Of a stretch of DNA of 64,000 bases, positions 40,733-49,768 are shown piece after piece; the first letter of the stretch is position 1, and each line of letters begins with the position of its first letter. The position numbers were made by a program, and so were the translations under genes. The notes under the pieces are model-generated. The model had not been told where the DNA came from. It worked only from the letters and a program-made list of their open reading frames with translations, and searched no databases. Source of the DNA: Escherichia coli (GTDB lineage Bacteria > Pseudomonadota > Gammaproteobacteria > Enterobacterales > Enterobacteriaceae); NCBI RefSeq assembly GCF_030384885.1, contig NZ_CP128615.1; one strand, 5' to 3'.

Positions 40733-40838
40733 AATGAGAGATAGACCGGAACACAACCGGTGCAAGTCCATAGCAACTCGTTTCTTTTCGCAGGTTGAGC
40801 CACCTCCGCGCTTCATCAGAAAACTGAAGGAACCTCCA

Positions 40839-41642
40839 TTGAATCGAACTAATATTTTTTTTGGTGAATCGCATTCTGACTGGTTGCCTGTCAGAGGCGG
40901 AGAATCTGGTGATTTTGTTTTTCGACGTGGTGACGGGCATGCCTTCGCGAAAATCGCACCTGCTTCCCGCCGCGGTGAGCTCGCTGGAGAGCGTGACCGC
41001 CTCATTTGGCTCAAAGGTCGAGGTGTGGCTTGCCCCGAGGTGATCAACTGGCAGGAGGAACAGGAGGGTGCATGCTTGGTGATAACGGCAATTCCGGGAG
41101 TACCGGCGGCTGATCTGTCTGGAGCGGATTTGCTCAAAGCGTGGCCGTCAATGGGGCAGCAACTTGGCGCTGTTCACAGCCTATCGGTTGATCAATGTCC
41201 GTTTGAGCGCAGGCTGTCGCGAATGTTCGGACGCGCCGTTGATGTGGTGTCCCGCAATGCCGTCAATCCCGACTTCTTACCGGACGAGGACAAGAGTACG
41301 CCGCAGCTCGATCTTTTGGCTCGTGTCGAACGAGAGCTACCGGTGCGGCTCGACCAAGAGCGCACCGATATGGTTGTTTGCCATGGTGATCCCTGCATGC
41401 CGAACTTCATGGTGGACCCTAAAACTCTTCAATGCACGGGTCTGATCGACCTTGGGCGGCTCGGAACAGCAGATCGCTATGCCGATTTGGCACTCATGAT
41501 TGCTAACGCCGAAGAGAACTGGGCAGCGCCAGATGAAGCAGAGCGCGCCTTCGCTGTCCTATTCAATGTATTGGGGATCGAAGCCCCCGACCGCGAACGC
41601 CTTGCCTTCTATCTGCGATTGGACCCTCTGACTTGGGGTTGA
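40839..41642 (+). CDS. strA: aminoglycoside 3''-phosphotransferase APH(3'')-Ib (streptomycin resistance)
   Basis: 267 aa from TTG start (NRTNIFFGESHSDWLPVRGGESGDFVFRRGDGHAFAKIAP...); the ORF-track start at 40653 is an upstream extension. Confidence 0.9.
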   Translation: MNRTNIFFGESHSDWLPVRGGESGDFVFRRGDGHAFAKIAPASRRGELAGERDRLIWLKGRGVACPEVINWQEEQEGACLVITAIPGVPAADLSGADLLKAWPSMGQQLGAVHSLSVDQCPFERRLSRMFGRAVDVVSRNAVNPDFLPDEDKSTPQLDLLARVERELPVRLDQERTDMVVCHGDPCMPNFMVDPKTLQCTGLIDLGRLGTADRYADLALMIANAEENWAAPDEAERAFAVLFNVLGIEAPDRERLAFYLRLDPLTWG

Positions 41643-42478
41643 TGTTCATGCCGCCTGTTTTTCCTGCTCATTGGCACGTTTCGCAACCTGTTCTCATTGC
41701 GGACACCTTTTCCAGCCTCGTTTGGAAAGTTTCATTGCCAGACGGGACTCCTGCAATCGTCAAGGGATTGAAACCTATAGAAGACATTGCTGATGAACTG
41801 CGCGGGGCCGACTATCTGGTATGGCGCAATGGGAGGGGAGCAGTCCGGTTGCTCGGTCGTGAGAACAATCTGATGTTGCTCGAATATGCCGGGGAGCGAA
41901 TGCTCTCTCACATCGTTGCCGAGCACGGCGACTACCAGGCGACCGAAATTGCAGCGGAACTAATGGCGAAGCTGTATGCCGCATCTGAGGAACCCCTGCC
42001 TTCTGCCCTTCTCCCGATCCGGGATCGCTTTGCAGCTTTGTTTCAGCGGGCGCGCGATGATCAAAACGCAGGTTGTCAAACTGACTACGTCCACGCGGCG
42101 ATTATAGCCGATCAAATGATGAGCAATGCCTCGGAACTGCGTGGGCTACATGGCGATCTGCATCATGAAAACATCATGTTCTCCAGTCGCGGCTGGCTGG
42201 TGATAGATCCCGTCGGTCTGGTCGGTGAAGTGGGCTTTGGCGCCGCCAATATGTTCTACGATCCGGCTGACAGAGACGACCTTTGTCTCGATCCTAGACG
42301 CATTGCACAGATGGCGGACGCATTCTCTCGTGCGCTGGACGTCGATCCGCGTCGCCTGCTCGACCAGGCGTACGCTTATGGGTGCCTTTCCGCAGCTTGG
42401 AACGCGGATGGAGAAGAGGAGCAACGCGATCTAGCTATCGCGGCCGCGATCAAGCAGGTGCGACAGACGTCATACTAG
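41642..42478 (+). CDS. strB: aminoglycoside 6-phosphotransferase APH(6)-Id (streptomycin resistance)
   Basis: 278 aa MFMPPVFPAHWHVSQPVLIADTF...; overlaps strA stop. Confidence 0.9.
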   Translation: MFMPPVFPAHWHVSQPVLIADTFSSLVWKVSLPDGTPAIVKGLKPIEDIADELRGADYLVWRNGRGAVRLLGRENNLMLLEYAGERMLSHIVAEHGDYQATEIAAELMAKLYAASEEPLPSALLPIRDRFAALFQRARDDQNAGCQTDYVHAAIIADQMMSNASELRGLHGDLHHENIMFSSRGWLVIDPVGLVGEVGFGAANMFYDPADRDDLCLDPRRIAQMADAFSRALDVDPRRLLDQAYAYGCLSAAWNADGEEEQRDLAIAAAIKQVRQTSY

Positions 42479-42584
42479 ATATCAAGCGACTTCTCCTATC
42501 CCCTGGGAACACATCAATCTTACCGGAGAATATCGTTGGCCAAAGCCTTAGCGTAGGATTTCGCCCTCTCCCGCAAACGACCCC

Positions 42585-43486
42585 ATAGCCTCCGCAACCT
42601 GACCATCGTAGTCACGCAGCGTCAGTGAACCCCCGAACAGCTGTTTTACCCGGTACATCGCCGTTTCCGCTATCGAGCGACGGTTGTAATCTGTTGTCCA
42701 TTTCCACCGCGCATTACTCCCGGTCATTCGCTGATTAGCCACTGCACGGTTACGGTCTGCATATTCACCGGGCCAGTAACCCGCACCTTTTCGGGGAGGG
42801 ATAAGCGCGCTGATTTTCTTACGCCGCAGTTCATCGTGACAGAGCCGGGTGTCGTAAGCGCCGTCTGCCGATGCTGCCCTGATTTTTCTGTGAGTCTGCC
42901 GGATAAGACCCGGGAAGGCTTCTGAGTCCGTCACATTGTTCAGCGACAGGTCTGCACAGATGATTTCATGTGTGTTGCTGTCAACTGCCAGATGCAACTT
43001 TCGCCATATACGACGGCGTTCCTGGCCATGCTTTTTGACTTTCCACTCGCCTTCACCAAAGACCTTCAGCCCGGTGGAATCAATCACCAGATGCGCGATT
43101 TCACCCCGGGTGAACGTTTTGAAACTGACGTTAACCGACTTTGCCCGCCTGCTGACACAGCTGTAATCCGGGCAGCGTAGCGGAACGTTCATCAGAGAAA
43201 AAATGGAATCAATAAAGCCCTGCGCAGCGCGCAGGGTCAGCCTGAATACGCGTTTAATGACCAGCACAGTCGTGATGGCAAGGTCAGAATAGCGCTGAGG
43301 TCTGCCTCGTGAAGAAGGTGTTGCTGACTCATACCAGGCCTGAATAGCTTCATCATCCAGCCAGAAAGTTATGGAGCCACGGTTGATGAGGGCTTTATTG
43401 TAGGTGGGCCAGTTGGTTATTTTGAACTTTTGCTTTGCCACGGAACGGTCTGCGTTGTCGGGAAGATGCGTGATCTGATCCTTCAA
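42585..43486 (-). pseudogene. IS903-like transposase, C-terminus replaced by read-through into Tn5393 IR
   Basis: ORF identical to the other copies up to ...VAEAM, then diverges (GSFAGEGEILR) at the Tn5393 junction. Confidence 0.8.
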
Positions 43487-43857
43487 CTCAGCAAAAGTTC
43501 GATTTATTCAACAAAGCCCATTCAGTCCTCAATTTGTGCATTTTTTAAACGAAAAAAGGGTGTCTAATACGGTGAAATCATAGTATTACCAAAGTAATAA
43601 ATAAAAAGTTATTTAAATCAGTAATTTAGATTTGATTTGTAATACCTGGGTAATACCGCAGCATGGCTAAATTTTGTTTTTTTTCTTTTAAATCAGTGCG
43701 ATAGCGTGATTTATCACGCTGCGTTAGGTGTATAGCAGGTTAAGGGATAAAAAATCATCTTTTTTTGGTAGGGCGATCTCCGTAGGTTAAGGGGCATTTG
43801 GCTAAAAAGCGTCCTATTCTTTGATGGTCATGCTTGCATGACCATCTGAGCAACCAA

Positions 43858-44006
43858 AAACTACAGATAAACTACAGATAAACTACAAAAAACGTTTTGC
43901 CTTAGTGTTGTAAGACTACAAATAGACTACAATAAAACTACAAATAAACTACAAAAAACGTGACAGACTACAAATAGACTACAATAAAACTACAGATAAA
44001 CTACAA
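43858..44006. repeat. array of ~11-bp ACTACA(A/G)ATA direct repeats (iteron- or centromere-like)
   Basis: at least 12 copies of (A/G)ACTACA(A/G)AT(A) in 150 bp, preceded by a perfect palindrome GATGGTCATG-cttg-CATGACCATC at 43821-43846. Confidence 0.6.
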
Positions 44007-44066
44007 AACTCGATTGACCCCTTCTTACGAGTGTTGTAGAGTCATTTTCATACAACGGAGGGGGTT

Positions 44067-44246
44067 ATGAATAAACCAGCAGATCTGAAACCCCGCAACT
44101 TATCGGCTGCTGTCAGATTGCGCCTAAATGAAATCGAGAACTGGCTGGACAGAGGGCTAACGCGGCATGAAATTGCTGAAATCCTCGACAGCGAATACAG
44201 CTTTTCGGTAACAGCCAAAGGGCTTGAGATGGATGGCACTGTATAG
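44067..44246 (+). CDS. small hypothetical protein (59 aa), possible DNA-binding regulator
   Basis: strong RBS GGAGGGGG 6 bp upstream; MNKPADLKPRNLSAAVRLRLNEIENWLDRGLTRHEIAEILD...; below the ORF-track length cutoff. Confidence 0.45.
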   Translation: MNKPADLKPRNLSAAVRLRLNEIENWLDRGLTRHEIAEILDSEYSFSVTAKGLEMDGTV

Positions 44247-44465
44247 AACGCGGCAAAACCGAAAAAATGTATTGCACAATACGCATGATAAGAGTAGCGC
44301 GAAGGGTGCAGCGGAAAGTGTATTGCACAATACACAACCGTCTGAGCCTGAAGTGCAGGAAAGTAAAAAAGCAGAGAGTCCCGGCATTATTGATAAAGAA
44401 TTCTTCAAGAAAATCGGTGAGAATTTCGACCCTAAGAAGTTCAACAAAAAATTCTGAGGTGATTT

Positions 44466-44540
44466 ATGAAAGTAGCGGTAATTAATTACAGTGGCAGTGT
44501 TCGTAAAACCTTAATTTCATCTTACCTGTTAGCCCCGCGC
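44466..44540 (+). pseudogene. 5' fragment of a gene (MKVAVINYSGSVRKTLISSYLLAPR), truncated by IS903 copy 3
   Basis: RBS GAGGTGA then ATG; the N-terminus resembles the start of a ParA-like NTPase but the Walker A is not canonical. Confidence 0.35.
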
Positions 44541-45597
44541 GGCTTTGTTGAATAAATCAGATTTCGGGTAAGTCTCCCCCGTAGCGGGTTGTGTTTTCAG
44601 GCAATACGCACGCTTTCAGGCATACCTGCTTTCGTCATTTTGTTCAGCGCTCGTACCAGGGCCATAGCCTCTGCAACCTGACCATCGTAGTCACGCAGTG
44701 TCAGTGAACCTCCGAACAGCTGTTTTACCCGGTACATCGCCGTTTCCGCTATCGAGCGACGGTTGTAATCTGTTGTCCATTTCCACCGCGCATTACTCCC
44801 GGTCAGCCGCTGATTCGCAACAGCACGGTTACGGTCTGCATATTCACCGGGCCAGTAACCCGCGCCTTTTCGGGGCGGGATAAGCGCGCTGATTTTCTTA
44901 CGCCGCAGTTCATCGTGACAGAGTTGGGTGTCGTAAGCGCCGTCTGCCGATGCTGCCCTGATTTTTCTGTGAGTCTGCCGGATAAGACCCGGGAAGGCTT
45001 CTGAGTCCGTCACATTGTTCAGCGACAGGTTTGCACAGATGATTTCATGTGTGTTGCTGTCAACTGCCAGATGCAACTTTCGCCATATACGACGGCGTTC
45101 CTGGCCATGCTTTTTGACTTTCCATTCGCCTTCACCAAAGACCTTCAGCCCGGTGGAATCAATCACCAGATGCGCGATTTCACCCCGGGTGAACGTTTTG
45201 AAACTGACATTAACCGACTTTGCGCGCTTGCTGACACTGGTGTAATCCGGGCAGCGCAACGGAACATTCATCAGTGTAAAAATGGAATCAATAAAACCCT
45301 GTGCAGCCCGCAGGGTCAACCTGAACACGCGTTTAATGACCAGAACGGTGGTGATGGCGAGATCAGAATAGCGCTGAGGTCTTCCCCGTGATGAAGGCGT
45401 TGCCGACTCATACCAGGCCTGAATAGCTTCATCATCCAGCCAGAAAGTTATGGAGCCACGGTTGATGAGGGCTTTATTGTAGGTGGGCCAGTTGGTTATT
45501 TTGAACTTTTGCTTTGCCACGGAATGGTCTGCGTTGTCGGGAAGATGCGTGATCTGATCCTTCAACTCAGCAAAAGTTCGATTTATTCAACAAAGCC
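44541..45597 (-). mobile_element. IS903-like copy 3, 1057 bp, intact
   Basis: 18-bp IRs at both ends; same orientation as copy 2. Confidence 0.9.
44597..45565 (-). CDS. IS903-like DDE transposase
   Basis: 322-aa ORF nearly identical to copy 1. Confidence 0.9.
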   Translation of the reverse strand: MKDQITHLPDNADHSVAKQKFKITNWPTYNKALINRGSITFWLDDEAIQAWYESATPSSRGRPQRYSDLAITTVLVIKRVFRLTLRAAQGFIDSIFTLMNVPLRCPDYTSVSKRAKSVNVSFKTFTRGEIAHLVIDSTGLKVFGEGEWKVKKHGQERRRIWRKLHLAVDSNTHEIICANLSLNNVTDSEAFPGLIRQTHRKIRAASADGAYDTQLCHDELRRKKISALIPPRKGAGYWPGEYADRNRAVANQRLTGSNARWKWTTDYNRRSIAETAMYRVKQLFGGSLTLRDYDGQVAEAMALVRALNKMTKAGMPESVRIA

Positions 45598-46099
45598 GTC
45601 TGTGTTGTAAAATGGCGCCGAAAGCCCGGCGTAGCCGGTTGCCGGGCTATAAATTCTGCCACCCTACCCCCTGCCCTGATTAGCCTTAACTCGCGAACAG
45701 CAATGAAGAAGTCAAAGTAATCCCTTTTAACCCCGGTGAGCGGGCTTTACGGCGTTTACGACGTAAAGGGCGTGATTTCCGGGGCCTAAGCGGCGGCAGC
45801 TTGCTGCTGACGCTTAGGGGGATGTTCATCAACTATTTCAGCGACACCAGGGAACTTAACACGGTAGCTGCAAAGCCCTAATCCCGCTCACCGCCACGCA
45901 GCTGCCGTACGTCCCCCACGGGGGTGCGCAGTGCTGCGCGCGGGAACGGCGGCCCGTCTGCGGGACGCGGCGCCGTACTGCGCGTTAGCGGCCGCACGCG
46001 GCCGGTTACGGGGGACACTCCGCCATACGACCAGCGACCCGCTGAGCTGCACAATCCACAGATAACACAAGCTACATACATGTCGATATGGGAATCGGC

Positions 46100-46660
46100 C
46101 CACCTTGCCGGGCGCCGGTGCCGTGTGGAAATCCGCCCACCTTGCCGCGCGCCGGTGCCGTGTGGGAATCCGCCCACCTTGCCGCGCGCCGGTGCCGTGT
46201 GGGAATCCGCCCACCTTGCCGGGCGCCGGTGCTGTGTGGAAATCCGCCCACCTTACCGGGCGCCGGTGCTGTGTGGAAATCCGCCCATCTTGCCGGGCGC
46301 CGGTGCCGTGTGGGAATCCGCCCACCTTACCGGGCGCCGGTGCCGTGTGGGAATCCGCCCACCTTACCGGGCGCCGGTGCCGTGTGGGAATCCGCCCACC
46401 TTACCGGGCGCCGGTGCTGTGTGGAAATCCGCCCACCTTGCCGCGCGCCGGTGCCGTGTGGGAATCCGCCCACCTTGCCGCGCGCCGGTGCCGTGTGGGA
46501 ATCCGCCCACCTTGCCGGGCGCCGGTGCTGTGTGGAAATCCGCCCACCTTACCGGGCGCCGGTGCTGTGTGGAAATCCGCCCATCTTGCCGGGCGCCGGT
46601 GCCGTGTGGGAATCCGCCCACCTTACCGGGCGCCGGTGCTGTGTGGAAATCCGCCCATCT
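46100..46660. repeat. tandem array of about 15 copies of a 37-bp repeat (putative Rep_3 iterons)
   Basis: unit CTTGCCG(G/C)GCGCCGGTGC(C/T)GTGTGG(G/A)AATCCGCCCAC; lies downstream of the truncated repA fragment. Confidence 0.7.
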
Positions 46661-46708
46661 TCATGACAAAAATTTGTCAAATGACAGGCTCATGTGTGCT
46701 GATTTATG

Positions 46709-47011
46709 TCAGACGGGATTTTGCTTATCAATTATTGAGAACAGAAATTTTCCTGAATCATCAATACTATACTTAGCAAGTAAAGGTGTTTTCTCATTTA
46801 TCTGCTTGAGTGCAGGATCAAGGAAAGATCGTTTCAACTCTGCCAAGTTCTTCTGCTGGGATTCCGGTAAGACGAAACGGTCATTTAACCAAGCATGAGT
46901 AGTAACCCATAAGCCTGAAGATTTGAATTGAGCAAGACTTTCATAAAGGCGGATCGTCCGGGGATTTCGAAGACTGCCACAATCGCGGAGCGAGTAGGTG
47001 GTGAACTGGTT
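46709..47011 (-). pseudogene. Rep_3-family replication initiator, C-terminal ~100 codons only (truncated by IS1)
   Basis: translation ...NQFTTYSLRDCGSLRNPRTIRLYESLAQFKSSGLWVTTHAWL... aligns with the C-terminus of the intact RepA at 54593-55459. Confidence 0.8.
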
Positions 47012-47026
47012 GGTAATGACTCCAAC

Positions 47027-47530
47027 TTACTGATAGTGTTTTATGTTCAGATAATGCCCGATGACTTTGTCATGCAGCGCCACCGATTTTGAGAACGACA
47101 GTGACTTCCTGCCCAGCCTTGCCAGATGCTGCCTCAGATTCTGGTTATGCCGCTCAATTCGCTGCGTATATCGCTTGCTGATAACGTGCAGTTCTCCCTT
47201 CAGGCGGGATTCATAAAGCGGCCAGCCATCCGTCATCCATACCACGACCTCAAAGGCCGACAGCAGGCCCGGAAGACGCTCCAGCGTGGCCAGAGTACGC
47301 TCACCAAAGACGCGTGCCACCACCGTCCTGCACATCCTGCCATAGGCGTAAAATAACCAGCGCTGACGTGATTTAGCCCCGACGTAGCCCCACTGTTCGT
47401 CCATTTCCGCGCAGACAATGACGTCACTGCCCGGTTGTATGCGTGAGGTTACCGACTGCGGTCTGAGTTTTTTAAGTGACGTAAAATCGTGTTGAGGCCA
47501 ACGCCCATAATGCGGGCGGTTGCCCGGCAT
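47027..47530 (-). CDS. insB: IS1 InsB
   Basis: 167-aa ORF. Confidence 0.85.
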   Translation of the reverse strand: MPGNRPHYGRWPQHDFTSLKKLRPQSVTSRIQPGSDVIVCAEMDEQWGYVGAKSRQRWLFYAYGRMCRTVVARVFGERTLATLERLPGLLSAFEVVVWMTDGWPLYESRLKGELHVISKRYTQRIERHNQNLRQHLARLGRKSLSFSKSVALHDKVIGHYLNIKHYQ

Positions 47531-47724
47531 CCAACGCCATTCATGGCCATATCAATGATTTTCTGGTGCGTACCGGGCTGAGAGGCGGTGTAAGTGAACT
47601 GTAGCTGCCATGTTTTACGGCAGTGAGAGCAGAGATAGCGCTGATGTCCGGCAGTACTTTTACCGTTACGCACCACGCCTTCAGTAGCTGAGCAGGAGGG
47701 ACAACTGATGGAGATGGAAGCCAC
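47449..47724 (-). CDS. insA: IS1 InsA
   Basis: 91-aa [14 protein letters not shown]... Confidence 0.85.
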   Translation of the reverse strand: MASISISCPSCSATEGVVRNGKSTAGHQRYLCSHCRKTWQLQFTYTASQPGTHQKIIDMAMNGVGCRATARIMGVGLNTILRHLKNSDRSR

Positions 47725-47789
47725 TGGAGCACCTCAAAGACACCATCGTACACTAAATCAGTAAGTTGGCACCATTATCCGGCAGGCGA

Positions 47790-49700
47790 TCTGGATTATC
47801 GTCACGCTGTTAAATATGTCGCGGTAGGGATACCCGTTACCGGATACCCCCCGCACAGATCCCGGCGTGCGCGATTTACGCACCGGGCTCCTGCCTCGGG
47901 TGTCTGGCGGTGAACCGCTCCACAGGCCATGGATGAAGAACCCGAACCCTTGGTAGCCATGCGGCTGCCAGTTTGTTTGCTTTCGTCCAGGTCGTATCAT
48001 CCTTCTGGCTCCTGCGCCTGAGCGCCCGGCGCCAGAGGTTTGTTACGTGTGTCCTGAACTTCTGCATGGTGGGGAAGTTGCCCGGTACCGAGTGATAGTT
48101 CAGGTATCCCTGAACCACTCTCCTGAGCCATTTTCCCTGTTCGGGGATTGAGTAATGCCAGCGCCTTCGCAGACCGTCTTTGATGGCTTTCAGAGTTGCC
48201 GTCATCCGATCCCGGCGGGTCTTTCGTATCAGCATGAACCTGCCGTTGCGATCTTTCCCGCTGATGTGCGTGAACCCGAGGAAGTTGAACGTTTCTGGTT
48301 TGCCTTTTCCCCTGATGGCACGGTTTTCGGCAGCGAAGCGGCCGAACTCCATCAGACGGGTTTTCTCCGGGTGAACCGTGAGTCCGAACTCCCTCAGTCT
48401 GCGCTGCATGGCTATACGGAAGCGCCGGGCATCGTATCGTTTGTCGAACCCGATGACGATGTCATCGGCGTATCTGACCATTACCACATTGCCTGTGGCA
48501 TAGCGACGTCGCCACTGATGCGCCCACAGATCGAAGACGTAGTGGAGGTATATGTTTGCCAGCAGCGGTGAGATGACCGCACCCTGTGGGGTGCCTTCCT
48601 CCGTTGCTCGCCATTGACCCTCCTCCAACGTCCCGGCTGTGAGCCACTTACGTATGAGCCTGATTACGCTCCGGTCGCCGATCCGATGCTCTGTGAACCT
48701 GATCAGCCATTCGTGGCTCACCCTGTCGAAGAACTGACTGATGTCGGCATCCAGTACCCAGTTTACGTTAGTGCGTACCAGCCCTGTGGCCAGTGCGTCC
48801 AGTGCATCGTGCTGGCTTCGCCCGGGTCTGAACCCGTATGAGAACCCCATAAAGTCGTTTTCATAGACTGCGTTCAGGATTTTCACCAGCGCATACTGGA
48901 CGATCTTGTCCTCCAGCGAGGCGATGCCGAGCGGGCGTTGTTTTCCATCCGCTTTTGGGATGTAGTGACGCCTGCCGGGCTGCGCCCTGTAGCTGCCCTA
49001 ATGTAGCCTCCGGTGCAGATCTGTTATGTTGTTCTTCATGTTTCCGGCGTAGTCCATCCACCTGATGCCATCCACTCCGGCGGCCGCTTTCCTGCTCAGG
49101 GAGAGGAATGCGGCTTCCAGTGCTTCGACTGTCAGCAGGTGGAACAATGCTGTAAACCGTTCTTTCTTCCGCTGCTTCGCAGCTTCCCGCACGCGTGACA
49201 GCCTCTGTGACATGCTTTCCCGGCTCTGTGTCCGGCGCATGTGTGGCTGTTCCGCGTTCCCCTTGGCCCCGCTCCTTCGCTCCACTGACTCCGCTCCTTT
49301 CGGGTTGTTCGCCTGCTTCGCCGCTACTATGAGCGAGTCCGACTTCTCCTCTCCGTACATCACCGGCTATGACTCCTCGTCTTCCCGGTGCGGGCCGTCT
49401 CCGACACTGGCAGATGGTCAGAGGGGAGATCTCCCGGTTCCCGCGTAGAGATCGTATTGACATGCCAGGGTCTCAGACCCCGCCGGGTCCATGTGGCACT
49501 CGCAGTATCGCACCCTATGATGTTGCCTTCCGTTAACAGTACAACGTCGGCACCCGGTAATTTAATATACATTTCGTGGCTCAATGGCTGGCCTGTCAAC
49601 ACCCCTGTCAACGCTTCGCCCCATACCTCGCGGTATGCAACGCATGACTCGGGGACCTTGTGGATTGCTGGTCCTTCAATGGTCGGGGACTTTCACCCCT
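47790..49700 (-). mobile_element. bacterial group II intron (boundaries approximate)
   Basis: intron-encoded RT/maturase ORF; domain V-like hairpin in the reverse complement of 47845-47880; 5' boundary not pinned. Confidence 0.6.
47876..49363 (-). pseudogene. group II intron reverse transcriptase/maturase, interrupted by one in-frame TAG
   Basis: two same-frame ORFs (48998-49363 and 47876-48886) separated by a TAG at 48998-49000; RT motifs ...GVDGIRWMDY..., ...FSYGFRPGRSQHDAL..., ...YADDIVIG... Confidence 0.75.
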
Positions 49701-49727
49701 TGATCTCTACCGGTCTCCCGGTGAACA

Positions 49728-49743
49728 CTGTATGTATAACCAG
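49728..49743 (+). promoter_or_regulatory. LexA (SOS) box upstream of umuD
   Basis: CTGTATGTATAACCAG (CTGT-N8-CCAG, one mismatch to the CTG-N10-CAG consensus) 26 bp upstream of the umuD start. Confidence 0.6.
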
Positions 49744-49768
49744 TAAAATTAGAGTGTCAGGAGGAAAG

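Larger units (their letters stand above)
39539..40770 (+). mobile_element. IS1133 (IS3 family), 1232 bp, inserted between tnpR and strA
   Basis: ends TGGACTTGCC...GGTGCAAGTCCA; orfA and orfB intact; position matches the IS1133-containing Tn5393 form as recalled. Confidence 0.8.
35880..42584 (-). mobile_element. Tn5393 (tnpA-tnpR-IS1133-strA-strB), 6705 bp, intact
   Basis: long terminal IRs starting GGGGTCGTTTGCGGGAGGGGGCGGAATCCTACGCTAAGGC; flanked by 5-bp direct repeat ATAGC (35875-35879 and 42585-42589). Confidence 0.85.
35752..43518 (-). mobile_element. IS903-like copy 2, split into 35752-35879 and 42585-43518 by Tn5393 insertion
   Basis: the two parts sum to 1057 bp plus a 5-bp duplication; terminal IRs GGCTTTGTTGAATAAATC at both outer ends. 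Confidence 0.85.
47012..47785 (-). mobile_element. IS1 copy, complete (variant terminal IR)
   Basis: GGTAATGACTCCAACTTACTGATAGTG at 47012; other end ...ATCAGTAAGTTGGCACCATTATCC. Confidence 0.85.

Noticed and set aside
40653-41642. 329-aa ORF-track version of strA starting at 40653
   Set aside because: The upstream 62 codons run from IS1133 sequence into strA; the recognised APH(3'')-Ib protein begins at the TTG at 40839.
42548-43486. 312-aa IS903 transposase ORF called as intact
   Set aside because: Its last ~13 residues derive from read-through into the Tn5393 IR; treated as a C-terminally altered pseudogene.
45700-46040. Integron attC-site interpretation of the CCTAAGCG...CGCTTAGG hairpin
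   Set aside because: Core sites do not match the attC pattern as I recall it (RYYYAAC ... GTTRRRY), and there is no integrase or cassette context.
45924-46898. Long ORFs (324, 223, 192 aa and antisense partners) across 45.9-46.9 kb
   Set aside because: They run through the 37-bp tandem repeat array and give periodic low-complexity translations (…GNPPTLPGAGAVW… repeated); an open-frame artefact of the repeats, not genes.
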